From NCBI GenBank assembly GCA_002269645.1, contig NIVC01003563.1:27061-91060 (forward strand): a stretch of 64,000 bases of DNA, written 5' to 3'. This document shows, in pieces, positions 62,176 to 64,000 of this stretch. A program made the position numbers and the translations under genes. The stretch is from Macrostomum lignano. Taxonomy: Eukaryota. A model generated the notes under the pieces. It was not told the DNA's origin and made no database searches. It saw only the letters and a program-made list of their open reading frames with translations. Numbering within the stretch: the first letter of the stretch is position 1; each line of letters starts with the position of its first letter.

Positions 62176-62480
62176 TCCTATATACTAAAAATGAGTTGTC
62201 TGTGGGTATGCGATAGATTTCAGAAAAATTGGCTCAATCGATTTTCTTCAAACTTGCACCATTCGATCAGAAATTTTCCTGGGACGGTACATGCATCTTG
62301 GCTAAGAAATTGCTCAATGTTAAAGGTATTAAATATTCGAAAAACATGCTTTTTTGCAAAGGTCAAGCAAGCTCTTTCGACCTGAAATGCATTGTAAAAT
62401 GCTAGAGAAAAAACTGACTGACTGAATTCTGATTGTGATAAAGATTGCATAACAGCTGAATTGTATCTCCGCCTTGAATT
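62176..62480 (+). mobile_element. Dispersed repeat with a Helitron-like 5' head, copy 1
   Basis: Starts tcctatatactaaaaatg..tgtctgt and aligns over about 300 bp with 63082-63390. The Helitron class is inferred from the head pattern only. Confidence 0.5.
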
Positions 62481-63081
62481 GCGTCACAGTGTTGAAAACA
62501 CTTTCTGCAAGGGTCAAGCAGAACTTCCTACTGTGAGCCATTCTTATTGGAATTGAACTTTGCAGCGCCCAGTAAAGTAGTATTTTTTGTCGCCAGGCTA
62601 GAGAACTATAAATGTAGACTGCGAGAAAAGATTGTACATTATAAAATGTCCCCGTGCACAATTGACATACTAACTTTAAATGCTGGAGAGAGGGATAGTG
62701 AGAGAGTGAAATACATGCACATATATACAGTATCTAATGATTCACAATATACGAACCATGTGAGACTGACCCTCCAAAATGTAATAAAACCGTCTGATTA
62801 TAAAAAAGTCCAAAAGTTGCCACAGAGATAGATGTACATTGGCTACTGAGGCTTGCGCCTCCAGTTCAGAAATTTATCTGAATCCTTTCACATAGGAGAG
62901 TTAGAGTTAGGTGTTTGAGAGAGAGTATTGAATAATAAAAAGTCCTGACCAATTAGCAGGCGGGTATTGGAAGAATTTAGGCTTGCTGTACACACTGACA
63001 GTCTAACAGTGTACAAATGGTGTCCAGCTTTTGGGATTGGGTTGTTGCTGAGTTTAAAAACGCGTGACATTATAGACTTCA

Positions 63082-63390
63082 TCCTATATACTAAAAATGG
63101 TCTGTCTGTGTCTATGTGATCGATTAGAGAAAAAAATGGCTGGACCGATTTTGTTCGAACTTGCACTGTTCGATCAGAAATTTTCCGTGACTGTACATGC
63201 ATCGTGGCTAAGAAATTGCTCGATGCTAAAGGCATTAAATATTCGAAAAACATGCTTTTTTGCAAAGGTCAAGCAAACTTTTCGACTTGAAATGCATTGT
63301 AAGAATGCTAGAGAACAAACTGACTGGTTGAATTCTGATTCTGAAATAGATTGCATCATAACTGAATTGTAACTCCGACTTGAATTGAAA
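63082..63390 (+). mobile_element. Dispersed repeat with a Helitron-like 5' head, copy 2
   Basis: Direct homolog of 62176-62480. Confidence 0.5.
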
Positions 63391-63690
63391 ATGCAGTGTG
63401 GAAGCGTAGCACCAGACTTGATTTAAATTGCGTAACCATATTGTTAACTGATACTGACTGACTGGATATTGATTATGTCATAACTGCTTCGTGTGATTTA
63501 CTCTATGCTTGGATTTTAAAGTGTTGAATTATATAAGTGCAAAATTTGATGTTATCAAAACGATGAGAGCTAGCCTAGAGGTGAACAAACTGAACTGCTA
63601 AATGCAAAGACGATGGTTCGAATTTTCATAGAGTATAATTTTTTAATTAAAGCTTTTTCAACGTCAGGAAAACTAAGACTTTTTAAAAAG

Positions 63691-64000
63691 AAGCGTTCAT
63701 GTAAAAATCATAGAAGCGTCATGTAAACAATCATAGAAGCGTCATGTAAATCCAATCAGCAAAAAATCATAGAAGCGTCATGTAAAATCATTAGAAGCTC
63801 ATAAAGAATCATAGAAGCGTCATGTAAAAATCATAGAAAGCGTCATGTAAAAAATCATAGAAGCGTCATGTAAAAAATCATAGAAGCGTCATGTAAAAAA
63901 TCAAAAGCGTCCATGTAAAAAAATCATAGAAGCGTCATGTAAACAATCATAAAGCGTCATGTAAACAATCATAGAAGCCGTCATGTAAACAATCATAAAG
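63691..64000. repeat. ~23-bp minisatellite (aaaatcatagaagcgtcatgta)
   Basis: Tandem array running off the end of the window. Confidence 0.93.

Overview
Eukaryotic, repeat-rich invertebrate genomic DNA. GC-rich exons, GT-AG introns, many minisatellites and the transposon types present resemble a flatworm such as Macrostomum, but that assignment is inference only. Host genes on the + strand: a 5'-incomplete VWDE/UMOD-like GPI-type surface protein, ESS2/DGCR14, an SRSF4/5/6-type SR protein, a small RGG/PPxY single-pass membrane protein, a frameshifted C-type lectin + PAN gene and an orphan exon. The standout structure is one 24-bp minisatellite array hit twice by two different, apparently intact EnSpm/CACTA-type (CMC) transposons (27204-37408 and 37948-44677). 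Each has CCC...GGG TIRs, a 2-bp TSD, a full transposase ORF and a spliced accessory gene (DUF4806-like in one, BEN-like in the other). Also present: two decayed RTE-type LINEs, four solo-LTR candidates, several MITE/foldback elements, three copies of a tRNA-derived SINE, Helitron-like fragments and about ten tandem arrays. All assignments were made by eye; no database searches were run.
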